DNA from: Candidatus Acidiferrales bacterium
GTDB taxonomy: Bacteria; Acidobacteriota; Terriglobia; Acidiferrales; UBA7541
Direction of reading: 5' to 3'
Assembly: GCA_035295105.1 (NCBI GenBank)
Contig: DATGJQ010000063.1
Coordinates: 3,671-67,670 of the forward strand
Length of the DNA stretch: 64,000 nt
The notes under the pieces were generated by a model, which saw nothing but the letters and a program-made list of their open reading frames with translations, was not told the DNA's origin and did no database searches. Below are positions 26,559-34,814 of this stretch, piece by piece. The stretch's first letter is position 1; each line of letters starts with the position of its first letter. A program made the translations under genes and the position numbers.

Positions 26559-27212
26559 TTACTTTTTGCCCGAACGTTCCTCGATGCCGCGAATCTTGTC
26601 CACGCGGCGCTGGTGGCGGCCGCCCGCGAAGGGCGTGGAGAGCCACAACGCGACGATTTCGCGCGCCGCTTCCGGCGCCAGCAGCTTTGCGCCCAGCGTC
26701 AGCACATTCGCGTCGTTGTGCTCGCGGCTATTACGCGCCGTCGCGCGATCATAGCATAGCGCCGCGCGCACTCCCGGCACCTTGTTGGCGGCGATGGAGC
26801 TGCCGATGCCGGCGCTGTCAATTACGATGCCGAGCCACGCGCGGCTTTGCGCCACCGCGTTGCCCACTGCTTCGGCGAAGTCCGGATAGTCCACCGCCTC
26901 GGTGCCGTTCGTGCCAAGATCGAGCGCGTGGTATCCCCAGTCGCGAAGATAGTCTTTCAGCTGCTCTTTGAGCTCGAATCCACCATGATCCGCGCCAATG
27001 GCAACGACGCGCGCGGATTTTTCGCCCGCGCCTTCGACATCGCCGGCGGCGAAAGATGATTTCTGAGCGCCTGAAGGCACCACGCGAAACGTGATTCCGC
27101 GCCGCTCGGCTTCTTCGCGCGCCAGCAGCGTGATTAGCGTGTCATCCGTGATGGCCAGTTCGCCATTCTGCGGAACACGTTCCAAATCCGCGAGTGTGAT
27201 CAGAGGTTTCAT
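26559..27212 (-). CDS. rpiB: ribose-5-phosphate isomerase B (RpiB/LacAB family) with ~70-aa N-terminal extension
   Basis: Core motifs VAIGADHGGFELKEQLKDYL, GIVIDSAGIGSSIAANKVPGVRAALC, EHNDANVLTLGA and GGRHQRRVDKI. These are preceded by MKPLITLADLERVPQNGELAITDDTLITLLAREEAERRGITF. Confidence 0.85.
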   Translation of the reverse strand: MKPLITLADLERVPQNGELAITDDTLITLLAREEAERRGITFRVVPSGAQKSSFAAGDVEGAGEKSARVVAIGADHGGFELKEQLKDYLRDWGYHALDLGTNGTEAVDYPDFAEAVGNAVAQSRAWLGIVIDSAGIGSSIAANKVPGVRAALCYDRATARNSREHNDANVLTLGAKLLAPEAAREIVALWLSTPFAGGRHQRRVDKIRGIEERSGKK

Positions 27213-27252
27213 GCGTGGCGGGCCTGGTAAGGCGGCGACTGCGGTACTCGGT

Positions 27253-27798
27253 CTACGACGGCGGCAACGAAAGCACGCATACGTCCTTGAGGTTGCGATA
27301 GCGCTCCGCGTAGTCCAGCCCGTATCCGACGACGAATTCGTTGGGAATCTGGAACCCGACGTAATCCGCCTTTACGTCTTTCTTGATGCGCCGCTCAGGC
27401 TTGTCGAGAAGCGCGGCGATCTTCAGCGAATTCGGTTTGCGCTGCTGCAAAACACGCAGCAAATATCCGAGCGTGAGCCCGGTGTCCAAAATATCTTCCA
27501 CCACGATGACGTTGAGCCCTTCGATGCTGGTGTCCAGATCCTTGTTGAGCCGCACCTGGCCGGACGTCTGGCTGCCGTGCCCGTAGCTGGAGACGGACAT
27601 GAAATCCATGGAAACTTCCACGCGAACCTGGCGCACCAGATCGGAAAGAAAAATGGCCGCGCCCTTCAGGACTCCGATCAGATGGACGCGCTGGCCCTTG
27701 TAGTCCTTGGAGATTTGCGCGCCCATTTCGCGCACGCGCTTCTGGATGGCGCTGCTGCGAAGCAGCACCTTCAAGTGTTCCTGGCCATGACCGTGCAC
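27253..27798 (-). CDS. hpt: hypoxanthine phosphoribosyltransferase
   Basis: LIGVLKGAAIFLSDLVR and the PRPP loop VIVVEDILDTGLTLGYL, then VGFQIPNEFVVGYGLDY. Confidence 0.93.
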   Translation of the reverse strand: MHGHGQEHLKVLLRSSAIQKRVREMGAQISKDYKGQRVHLIGVLKGAAIFLSDLVRQVRVEVSMDFMSVSSYGHGSQTSGQVRLNKDLDTSIEGLNVIVVEDILDTGLTLGYLLRVLQQRKPNSLKIAALLDKPERRIKKDVKADYVGFQIPNEFVVGYGLDYAERYRNLKDVCVLSLPPS

Positions 27799-27919
27799 TG
27801 AAATCCCCTCCGCCCGGGAGCGGTTACTCTAGCGCACGAAGCAGGAAAGCTCAAGAAGCGGCGGGAACAGAAGCTGAATCGATCTCGGGGCGCCGGCCAA
27901 TTTCGACCGGCGGCAATTC

Positions 27920-28642
27920 TCAGCGCTGAATCCGTTTGAAATGCCAGTTCTCGCGCGAAAGCAGCTTCTCGTATTGAACATCGCCAATTTCCTGGAAGCC
28001 CACCGATCGCGTGAGCCGCAACGCGGCTTCATTGGACGGGAGCGTGCCCCCGTAGAATCTGCGAATACCCCGACTGCGCAAAATTTCAAACATTCGTTGG
28101 CGCAACTGCCCGCCCAGACCGGATCTGCGAAATTCCTTTCGCACGGCGATGTGCTCGGACCACGCTGCCCCCGATCGCAATTTGACCCGCAGATTGACCA
28201 GTTGCATGGAGGCCTCTTTCAAGTTGACCAAATTGAAGCCCGCAAGCTTCTTTCCTTCCAGCGCCACTAGACAAAGCTGGCCGGAGGCAAGTTTTTGCTT
28301 TATCCGGCCGCGCAGCCACTCTGCGATGTCTTCCACCTGCGCAATCAGTTCGGTGTCTTGAGGCGTCAGAATCTGGAACGTGAAGCCCTGGCCGCCAACG
28401 GTATCCATTGCCCGAGTGGTGTCGAGGCGAATTCTGTAGATCCGGTAAACCTGGCGAAAGTAGATTCCACGAACGAGGTGGGCCAGAATCTTTTGCAGGG
28501 TGATGCGCCATCCGTAGTCGCGCAGATTCCGCAATACCTTCTGAGCCAAATCTCTGCTCCGGGGCGTGGACAGATCGTGCAGCGGTCCGGCGAACACCCT
28601 CCCCTGCGACAGACTTCGTCCTGATCTTTCGATTTCCTGCAT
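27920..28642 (-). CDS. GNAT-family N-acetyltransferase
   Basis: The C-terminal acetyl-CoA motif IAVRKEFRRSGLGGQLRQRMFEILRSRGIRRFYG follows a ~110-aa N-terminal region of unknown role. Composition is AT-richer than the flanks. Confidence 0.75.
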   Translation of the reverse strand: MQEIERSGRSLSQGRVFAGPLHDLSTPRSRDLAQKVLRNLRDYGWRITLQKILAHLVRGIYFRQVYRIYRIRLDTTRAMDTVGGQGFTFQILTPQDTELIAQVEDIAEWLRGRIKQKLASGQLCLVALEGKKLAGFNLVNLKEASMQLVNLRVKLRSGAAWSEHIAVRKEFRRSGLGGQLRQRMFEILRSRGIRRFYGGTLPSNEAALRLTRSVGFQEIGDVQYEKLLSRENWHFKRIQR

Positions 28643-28881
28643 CGAACTTGATCGCCTCCGACAGCTGTGTATTACTATTCGACCACCAAAAGCGGCCTTC
28701 GATATAGTTTTAATAATACGGGACAGTCTTAACAGTCATTCTCATCACCTCAGCAATTTGTGAATCTTTATGAATTCTTTATGCGTGTCGTACGCGTTCC
28801 AGATGGAAGGCCAAAGCCTTCCGGCGGCGCCAGGCCACCTCTCGCGGCAATCACGGAGAAGATTGCTTCGCCCGCCTCGCC

Positions 28882-29916
28882 GTGGCACCCTTGATGGCGT
28901 CCATGACCTTGGTGAACGCGAGTTGGAAAAATCAGAGCGTGGTCGTAACGGGTGGCGCGGGATTTATCGGCAGCGTGCTGGCCTGGGAACTGAACCGCCG
29001 CGGCTGCTCGCGGCTGTGGATCGCGGATTTTCCGGCCGAAGGCGACAAGCTCTCCAACCTCAACGGGGTTCGTTACACCGAAATGATCGAGCCCGCCGAC
29101 CTCTTGAAGCGCCTGTCGAGCGGGACGATTCCTGACATCGACTGCATTTTTCACATGGGCGCCTGTTCCTCCACCACGGAAACCAACGAAGCGTACCTGC
29201 GCGAGAATAATTATGAGTACTCTCGACGCCTGGCGGAGTGGGCGCTGGGCGCCGGCGTGCGTTTTGTCTACGCCTCCTCTGCGGCGACGTACGGCGACGG
29301 CAGCGCGGGAATGGACGACTCCGATCCACGCCAACTGGACCGGCTGCGGCCGCTGAATCTCTACGGGCAATCAAAACATTGGATGGACCTGCACGCCTGG
29401 CGCGAGGGATGGCTCGACCGCATCGTGGGACTGAAATATTTCAATGTGTTTGGCCCCAACGAAAATCACAAAGGCGACATGCGCAGCCTGGTGTGCAAGA
29501 GCTTTGCCGAAGTAAGGAAGACCGGGATCATTCGCCTGTTCAAAAGCTATCGACCGGAATACGGCGACGGCGAGCAGCGGCGCGATTTTCTATACGTGAA
29601 GGATGCCGTGGCCATGACTCTGCACCTGGCCGTGAATTCGGCCGCCAACGGCATTTTCAATATCGGCTCGGGAGAAGCGCGCACCTGGAATGATCTGGCC
29701 CGCGCCGTCTTCACCGCGCTTGGCCGCGAGCCGCGCATTGAATATATCGACATGCCGGAATCGATTCGCGAGAAATACCAGTATTTTACGCAAGCCGAGA
29801 TTGGGAAACTGCGTGCCACGGGATTCGGCCAGCCGATCATGTCCCTCGAAGACGCTGTGCGGGATTACGTGGCGAACTATCTGGCGCCGGGGCGAACGAT
29901 CGGCGCTTCGATTTAA
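28882..29916 (+). CDS. hldD: ADP-glyceromanno-heptose 6-epimerase
   Basis: VVVTGGAGFIGSVLAWELNRRG, ASSAATYGD and NLYGQSKHWMD (the YxxxK motif) in an HldD/RfaD-length short-chain epimerase. The start is ambiguous: GTG 28882, ATG 28894 or ATG 28903. Confidence 0.85.
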   Translation: MAPLMASMTLVNASWKNQSVVVTGGAGFIGSVLAWELNRRGCSRLWIADFPAEGDKLSNLNGVRYTEMIEPADLLKRLSSGTIPDIDCIFHMGACSSTTETNEAYLRENNYEYSRRLAEWALGAGVRFVYASSAATYGDGSAGMDDSDPRQLDRLRPLNLYGQSKHWMDLHAWREGWLDRIVGLKYFNVFGPNENHKGDMRSLVCKSFAEVRKTGIIRLFKSYRPEYGDGEQRRDFLYVKDAVAMTLHLAVNSAANGIFNIGSGEARTWNDLARAVFTALGREPRIEYIDMPESIREKYQYFTQAEIGKLRATGFGQPIMSLEDAVRDYVANYLAPGRTIGASI

Positions 29917-30145
29917 GTGGCACAGACATCAGTCTGTGGGGTTCCTCAACACCAGCAAGAAATTACACCGGGTGAAGACTCTGCTGCGACATCTCCAGGC
30001 CAAACAGGCCAGCGGCTAAAGCCGTCGCGATTCCAGGTACTTTACGGCACGGCTGAAAGCCGTGCCCTACAAAGATTGCTGATGCCACACGGACTCTGAA
30101 GCCTGCGCTACGCCAGAGTCTGTAGTACACTAGAGTCTGTGCTCG
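29917..30145. repeat. cluster of REP-like hairpins (mixed and degenerate families)
   Basis: GTGGCACAGACATCAGTCTGTGG (29917-29939), AGCGGCTAAAGCCGTCGC (30011-30028), GGCACGGCTGAAAGCCGTGCCCTACAAAGATT (30046-30077), then degenerate AGAGTCTGT repeats. Confidence 0.7.
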
Positions 30146-30153
30146 CGCCAGAG

Positions 30154-31485
30154 TCAGCGTCGCTTTAGTGTCACTGGAATTCCGTTCCGGGGGCGCAGCG
30201 TAACCGTCGGCTGCGTTTTCACGTTCAGGCCTGTAGCCACCTGAATCTGGAATTGCTGCGCGATCGTGGCCAGCAGCAGCACCGCTTCCATCATGGCGAA
30301 TCCCGCGCCGATGCATACCCTCGGGCCTCCACCAAACGGGAAATACGCAAAACGCGGCAAGGAAACGCTGCGGGGATCGCCGGCCCTCCAGCGGTCCGGA
30401 TCGAACCGCTCGGGCTCCGGAAAATAGCGCGGATCGCGATGCATGATGAGTTGCGAGATCAGCATGTTGGTGTTCGCCGGAATGTCGTATTCGCCCAGGC
30501 GGAACGGCGCGAGCGCGCGCCGCCCGATCACCCACACCGGCGGGTACAGGCGCATCGATTCGCGCAGCACGGTATCCGTGTAGACCAGCCGGGGCAGATC
30601 GGCAGGCGTCGGCGTGCGGCCAGCGAGCACGCGCCCCAGTTCCTCGAGAAGTTTCTGCTCCGCGTGCGGATTTTGCCCAATCAGGTACCACGTCCAGGAA
30701 AGTACATTTGCGGTGGTCTCATGCCCGGCGAGAAACAAGGTCATGATTTCGTCGTGGAGCTGGCGGTCGGTCATGCCGACTCCGTGGTCGTCACGAGCCT
30801 GCAGGAAAACACTCAACAAATCGCCGGACATCTGCCCGCTGGCGCGGCGCTGCTCGATGATTCCGTAGATCACTTTGTCCAGGCGGCCGACGGCCCGTTG
30901 CAAAAGCCCTGAAGTCGGAAGAGGAACCCACACCGGCAGCAGCAAAGCCATCCCAGCCTGTCGCAGAAATTTTCCCATCAGCACGGTCAGCGCCGCGTCG
31001 ACGTCTTCCGCTTCGTGCGAAACATCCGCGTCAAACAGCGTCTTGGCGACGATGCCCAGCGTGAGGCGCATCATGGCTTCGTGAATGTCGAGCTGCTGCC
31101 CGTCGTTCCACGCGGCCAGCATGCGCTCGGTATAGCTCACCATGGTGGACGCGTAGGCGCCGATACGCTCTTGATAAAACGCCGGCTGGATGAGCTTGCG
31201 CTGGCGCTTCCAGAATTCGCCTTCGCTGGTGAGCAGGCCGTTGCCCAGCACGCGGCGCATGGCGCGGTAGTCCTTCGACTTCACGAAATTATTGTTTTGC
31301 GTGACCAGGATCGATTCGATGTACTCCGGCCGGTTCACGTAGCACGCCGGCGTTCCCAGGAAACGCAAAAATACCAGGTCGCCGTACTCGCGCGCGCACT
31401 TGGTGAGGTAGCTGATGCTATCGCCGCGCGGCTCAAACACGTTGCCGACGAGCGGATAACCCTTGGGACCAGGAGGGAGTTTCAA
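30154..31485 (-). CDS. cytochrome P450
   Basis: Haem-binding loop [21 protein letters not shown]-like ESMRLYPP, and AGHETTA in the I helix. TTG 31485 (MKLPPGPKG...) has GGAAAGGGAAG upstream. The track's ATG 31557 lies inside a REP hairpin. Confidence 0.9.
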   Translation of the reverse strand: MKLPPGPKGYPLVGNVFEPRGDSISYLTKCAREYGDLVFLRFLGTPACYVNRPEYIESILVTQNNNFVKSKDYRAMRRVLGNGLLTSEGEFWKRQRKLIQPAFYQERIGAYASTMVSYTERMLAAWNDGQQLDIHEAMMRLTLGIVAKTLFDADVSHEAEDVDAALTVLMGKFLRQAGMALLLPVWVPLPTSGLLQRAVGRLDKVIYGIIEQRRASGQMSGDLLSVFLQARDDHGVGMTDRQLHDEIMTLFLAGHETTANVLSWTWYLIGQNPHAEQKLLEELGRVLAGRTPTPADLPRLVYTDTVLRESMRLYPPVWVIGRRALAPFRLGEYDIPANTNMLISQLIMHRDPRYFPEPERFDPDRWRAGDPRSVSLPRFAYFPFGGGPRVCIGAGFAMMEAVLLLATIAQQFQIQVATGLNVKTQPTVTLRPRNGIPVTLKRR

Positions 31486-31544
31486 CGTGAACGACTTCCC
31501 TTTCCAATTCGCGGCGCCGAGAAAAGTATAACATCGCGATCCGG

Positions 31545-31731
31545 GTAACACAGGCACTCTGCCTGTGCGGGTTTGTGAGCTGAAACGCCCGGGTGGTGTG
31601 AGCGATTGGAGTGGTTGTGCGTTGTAAGCAAATACATGAATGACTGTTTGATTGAGGCGACTTCAGTCTGGCCATCGAGCCGAGCCTTACTGGAAGCCTA
31701 CAAAAGCGCACAGGCAGAGTGCCTGTGCTAC
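31545..31731. repeat. REPIN-like inverted doublet with long spacer, family E
   Basis: GTAACACAGGCACTCTGCCTGTGCG (31545-31569) ... CGCACAGGCAGAGTGCCTGTGCTAC (31707-31731). Confidence 0.75.
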
Positions 31732-31735
31732 TTAC

Positions 31736-32872
31736 TTACTCGACCCAATCGGCAATAAAAATATTGGTCTCGTGCGGGGATTTGCCGTTTCGGTTGGAGG
31801 CCCAGACCAGGCGCTTGCCGTCGGACGTGAACATCGGGAAAGCGTCAAAGTCCGGATGATACGTGATCTGCTCGAGGCCGGTGCCGTCCACGTTGATCGC
31901 GTAAAGGTCAAAGCCGCTGGGATCTTTCTGGTTGGCCAGGTTGGAGGCAAAAATAATGCGCTTGCCGCCGGGGAAAAAATACGGCGCGAAATTCGCCGCG
32001 CCGTTATGCGTGACCTGGCGCTTGTGATTGCCGTCCGCGTCCATCACCCAGATTTCCAGATTGCCCGGGCGAATCAGCCCACGCGAGAGCAGGTCTTTAT
32101 AGTCGGCGATCTGCTCGGGAGTTTTCGGCTGCTCCGAGCGGTAGACAATTTTCTTGCCGTCGTCGGAAAAAAAGGCCCCGCCGTCATAGCCCAATTCGTG
32201 GGTGAGCTGGCGTACATCGCTGCCGTCCGCGTTCATCGTGTAAATGTCCAGATCGCCGTTGCGGGTAGAGGTGAAGACAATTTTCTTGCCGTCGCGGCTG
32301 ATGGTGGACTCCGCGTTGTAGCTGCCGGGAGCATGCGAGAGCAGTTGCAGGTCGCTGCCGTCGGGCTTCGACGTGTAGATCTGGTAGGAACTGTAAATTG
32401 GCCAAACGTAACCGTGGGAATAGTCAGGCCGCGGCGGGCAGGCGGCGCTCGCCTCATGGGTCGAGGAAAATAAGATACGATCGCGCTTCGGAAAGAAGTA
32501 ACCGCAGGTGGTGCGCCCCTTGCCCGTGCTCACCAGCTTCGGTGTGGCGCGTTCGACGCCTGGTGGATCAACCGGCATCGTGTACATCTGATCGCAGGGA
32601 ACGCCTTCGCCCGAGTGCATGAAGATCAGAGATTTGTCATCGGCGGAAAAATAGGCCTCGGCGTTGGTGCCGCCGAAAGTCAGCTGGCGCACGTTGGCCA
32701 GGTGCTTTTCACCGGGAACCGTCAGCGAATCTGCATTTGGTTTGGAGGAACTAGGCGCCTGCGAATAGGCGAGCGAAAAGGCCGAGACGCTGATCAGCAG
32801 AAGGAACAGCGCGGGGCGAGCGATTCGCGTTTTCGGCATCGTTGATCGGTCCTGTCTACTTTCGCTGCTCAT
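31736..32872 (-). CDS. TolB-like WD40/PD40 beta-propeller protein (periplasmic)
   Basis: Signal peptide, then repeated PD40-type units (SRDGKKIVFTSTRNGDLDIY, SDDGKKIVYRSE, FPGGKRIIFASN, TSDGKRLVWASNRNG). ATGA overlap with the upstream peptidase gene. Confidence 0.8.
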   Translation of the reverse strand: MSSESRQDRSTMPKTRIARPALFLLLISVSAFSLAYSQAPSSSKPNADSLTVPGEKHLANVRQLTFGGTNAEAYFSADDKSLIFMHSGEGVPCDQMYTMPVDPPGVERATPKLVSTGKGRTTCGYFFPKRDRILFSSTHEASAACPPRPDYSHGYVWPIYSSYQIYTSKPDGSDLQLLSHAPGSYNAESTISRDGKKIVFTSTRNGDLDIYTMNADGSDVRQLTHELGYDGGAFFSDDGKKIVYRSEQPKTPEQIADYKDLLSRGLIRPGNLEIWVMDADGNHKRQVTHNGAANFAPYFFPGGKRIIFASNLANQKDPSGFDLYAINVDGTGLEQITYHPDFDAFPMFTSDGKRLVWASNRNGKSPHETNIFIADWVE

Positions 32873-34734
32873 TTCCGCTGTTCCAGCGTTACGGACGCTT
32901 TCACCGGTTTGCCGTCGCGCAGTACCTGCACGTCCACCACGTCGCCCACCTTGCTGCGCCGCAGGGCGTCCGTGAAGTCATACAAATTGTGAATGGGCAT
33001 CTCGCCAAACTGGACGAGTACGTCGCCGGCACGGAAACCGGCCGTAGCCGCGGGCGATCCCGGGCGCACATCAGAAAACTTCACGCCATTTTCTTCCTGG
33101 CCAAAATCAGGAATCGAACCGAAATACGGTCCATACCCTCCGCCGCCCCCGCTGGCTGCCTGGCCGTGGGGCTGGTCTTCCTTCACGCTGACGAACGCTA
33201 CCCGTTCGTTTGAGGAATCGATCTTCAGGGCTACGTCACCGATAAAATCCAGCAGTTTGGCCGCATCGGGTGCGTCGATTTTGTCCCACGTGTCGGAAGG
33301 CTTGTGGTAATCCGAGTGCAAGCCGGAGAAAAAGAAAAGCACCGGAATTTTACGGCCCACGAACGAAGTATGATCGCTCGCCGCGTAGCCGCTGGCGGAA
33401 TACTCAAAGTGAAACGGAAATTTGTCCTTTTCTCCGTCGAGCAGTTCCTTGAAAGTTGCTCCCGTTCCCGTGCCGCCGATAAAAATTTTTTCGTCCTTGA
33501 TCCGGCCGATCATGTCCATGTTGATCATGGCCACGGCCTTGTCCAGGGGCAGCGTCGGCTCCTTCACCCACTCCGCGGAACCCAGAAGGCCAAGTTCTTC
33601 GCCCGCGAAGTCGGCAAACAAAATGCCGCGCTGCAGCTGGCCCTTGCGCGGCGCCAGCATTCGCGCAAGTTCCAGAACGCCGGCGGTCCCGGAAGCATTA
33701 TCGTCCGCGCCGGGATGGATCTGCCCGATCTGCGATGGCGCCAGCGAATCGACATTGCCGTAGCCCAGATGATCGTAGTGCGCGCCAATGATGATGTATT
33801 CATCGGTCTTGCCGGGAAGATACGCCAGCACGTTGTTCACGGTCGCGCGGGTCTTCTCGACATTCACGTTGAGCGAAACTTGCAGCTTTTCCGGAAATGA
33901 GAATGACGCGGGCGCCGACGACGTATTGATCTGGCTCTGAACTTCCGCAAGCGATTTTCCGGCCGCCGCGAACCAAGCGTTGGTCGCGTCATTTTTCGCC
34001 TGCACAATCACGACGCCGGCGTTTTCCGGCCCATTCACGCTGCCGAATTTCGTGAGCTGATCGTCTTCGTTGTCGCCCAATTTCCCATTTACCAGGATCA
34101 CTGCTTTCGCGCCGTGATTCCTGGCGTTGATGGCCTTGGTAATCAATTGCGAATGCTGCGTGAAACCGGCATTCCCGCTCTTCGCGGCGAAACCGGACGG
34201 CTCGTAGCGCAGCAACAGGACAATTTTATCTTTGACGTCCAGATGCGCGTAATCGTCATATCCGAATTCAGGAGCCGTCGCACCGTAACCGGCGAAGACG
34301 ACCGGCCCGGCAGCCGCCGCGGAGGCTGAAAAGCTGAACGGAACGAAATCCTGATTGAGCTTCAGGGTCTCCTTCGATTTGCCGTCCGCCACTTCCAGAC
34401 GATTTCCGTCCTTCAATTTTGCGCCGGTAATGACCGTGAAAGGCTGGAAGTAGGATTTGGAGCCCGCGGGTTGAAGTCCGAGGGTTTTGTAGCGCTGCTC
34501 GATCAAGTCCGCCGCGCGCTCGATCCCTTTGGTCCCCGCGCCGCGGCCCTCCATCGCGGGCGAAGCCAGCGCCTTGACGTCCGCAATGTAGCGATTCGGG
34601 TCGGCGGAATTGGCATCCGCTCCAACGCGCAGCGCGCAGAACGCCAGGACCAACGCGGCGGCATACAAACGCAGAGGACGAGCTGTGCGGGATGTATCCG
34701 AGCGATTCATGCGGTTGCGATTAGAGAAGAACAT
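32869..34734 (-). CDS. M28-family aminopeptidase with PA domain and C-terminal PDZ domain
   Basis: Zn-ligand blocks IIIGAHYDHLGYG, GADDNASGTAGVLELAR, FAGEELGLLGS and SDH. The C-terminal part (VRPGSPAATAGFRAGDVLVQFGEMPI) is PDZ-like. Confidence 0.85.
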   Translation of the reverse strand: MFFSNRNRMNRSDTSRTARPLRLYAAALVLAFCALRVGADANSADPNRYIADVKALASPAMEGRGAGTKGIERAADLIEQRYKTLGLQPAGSKSYFQPFTVITGAKLKDGNRLEVADGKSKETLKLNQDFVPFSFSASAAAAGPVVFAGYGATAPEFGYDDYAHLDVKDKIVLLLRYEPSGFAAKSGNAGFTQHSQLITKAINARNHGAKAVILVNGKLGDNEDDQLTKFGSVNGPENAGVVIVQAKNDATNAWFAAAGKSLAEVQSQINTSSAPASFSFPEKLQVSLNVNVEKTRATVNNVLAYLPGKTDEYIIIGAHYDHLGYGNVDSLAPSQIGQIHPGADDNASGTAGVLELARMLAPRKGQLQRGILFADFAGEELGLLGSAEWVKEPTLPLDKAVAMINMDMIGRIKDEKIFIGGTGTGATFKELLDGEKDKFPFHFEYSASGYAASDHTSFVGRKIPVLFFFSGLHSDYHKPSDTWDKIDAPDAAKLLDFIGDVALKIDSSNERVAFVSVKEDQPHGQAASGGGGGYGPYFGSIPDFGQEENGVKFSDVRPGSPAATAGFRAGDVLVQFGEMPIHNLYDFTDALRRSKVGDVVDVQVLRDGKPVKASVTLEQRK

Positions 34735-34814
34735 CGACCTTCAGAATCGTATGCCGTGGCGGAAAACGTGTCAAATTGACTGGGGCGGCGGTGGCAACTC
34801 GCGCAGGGCCAAAC

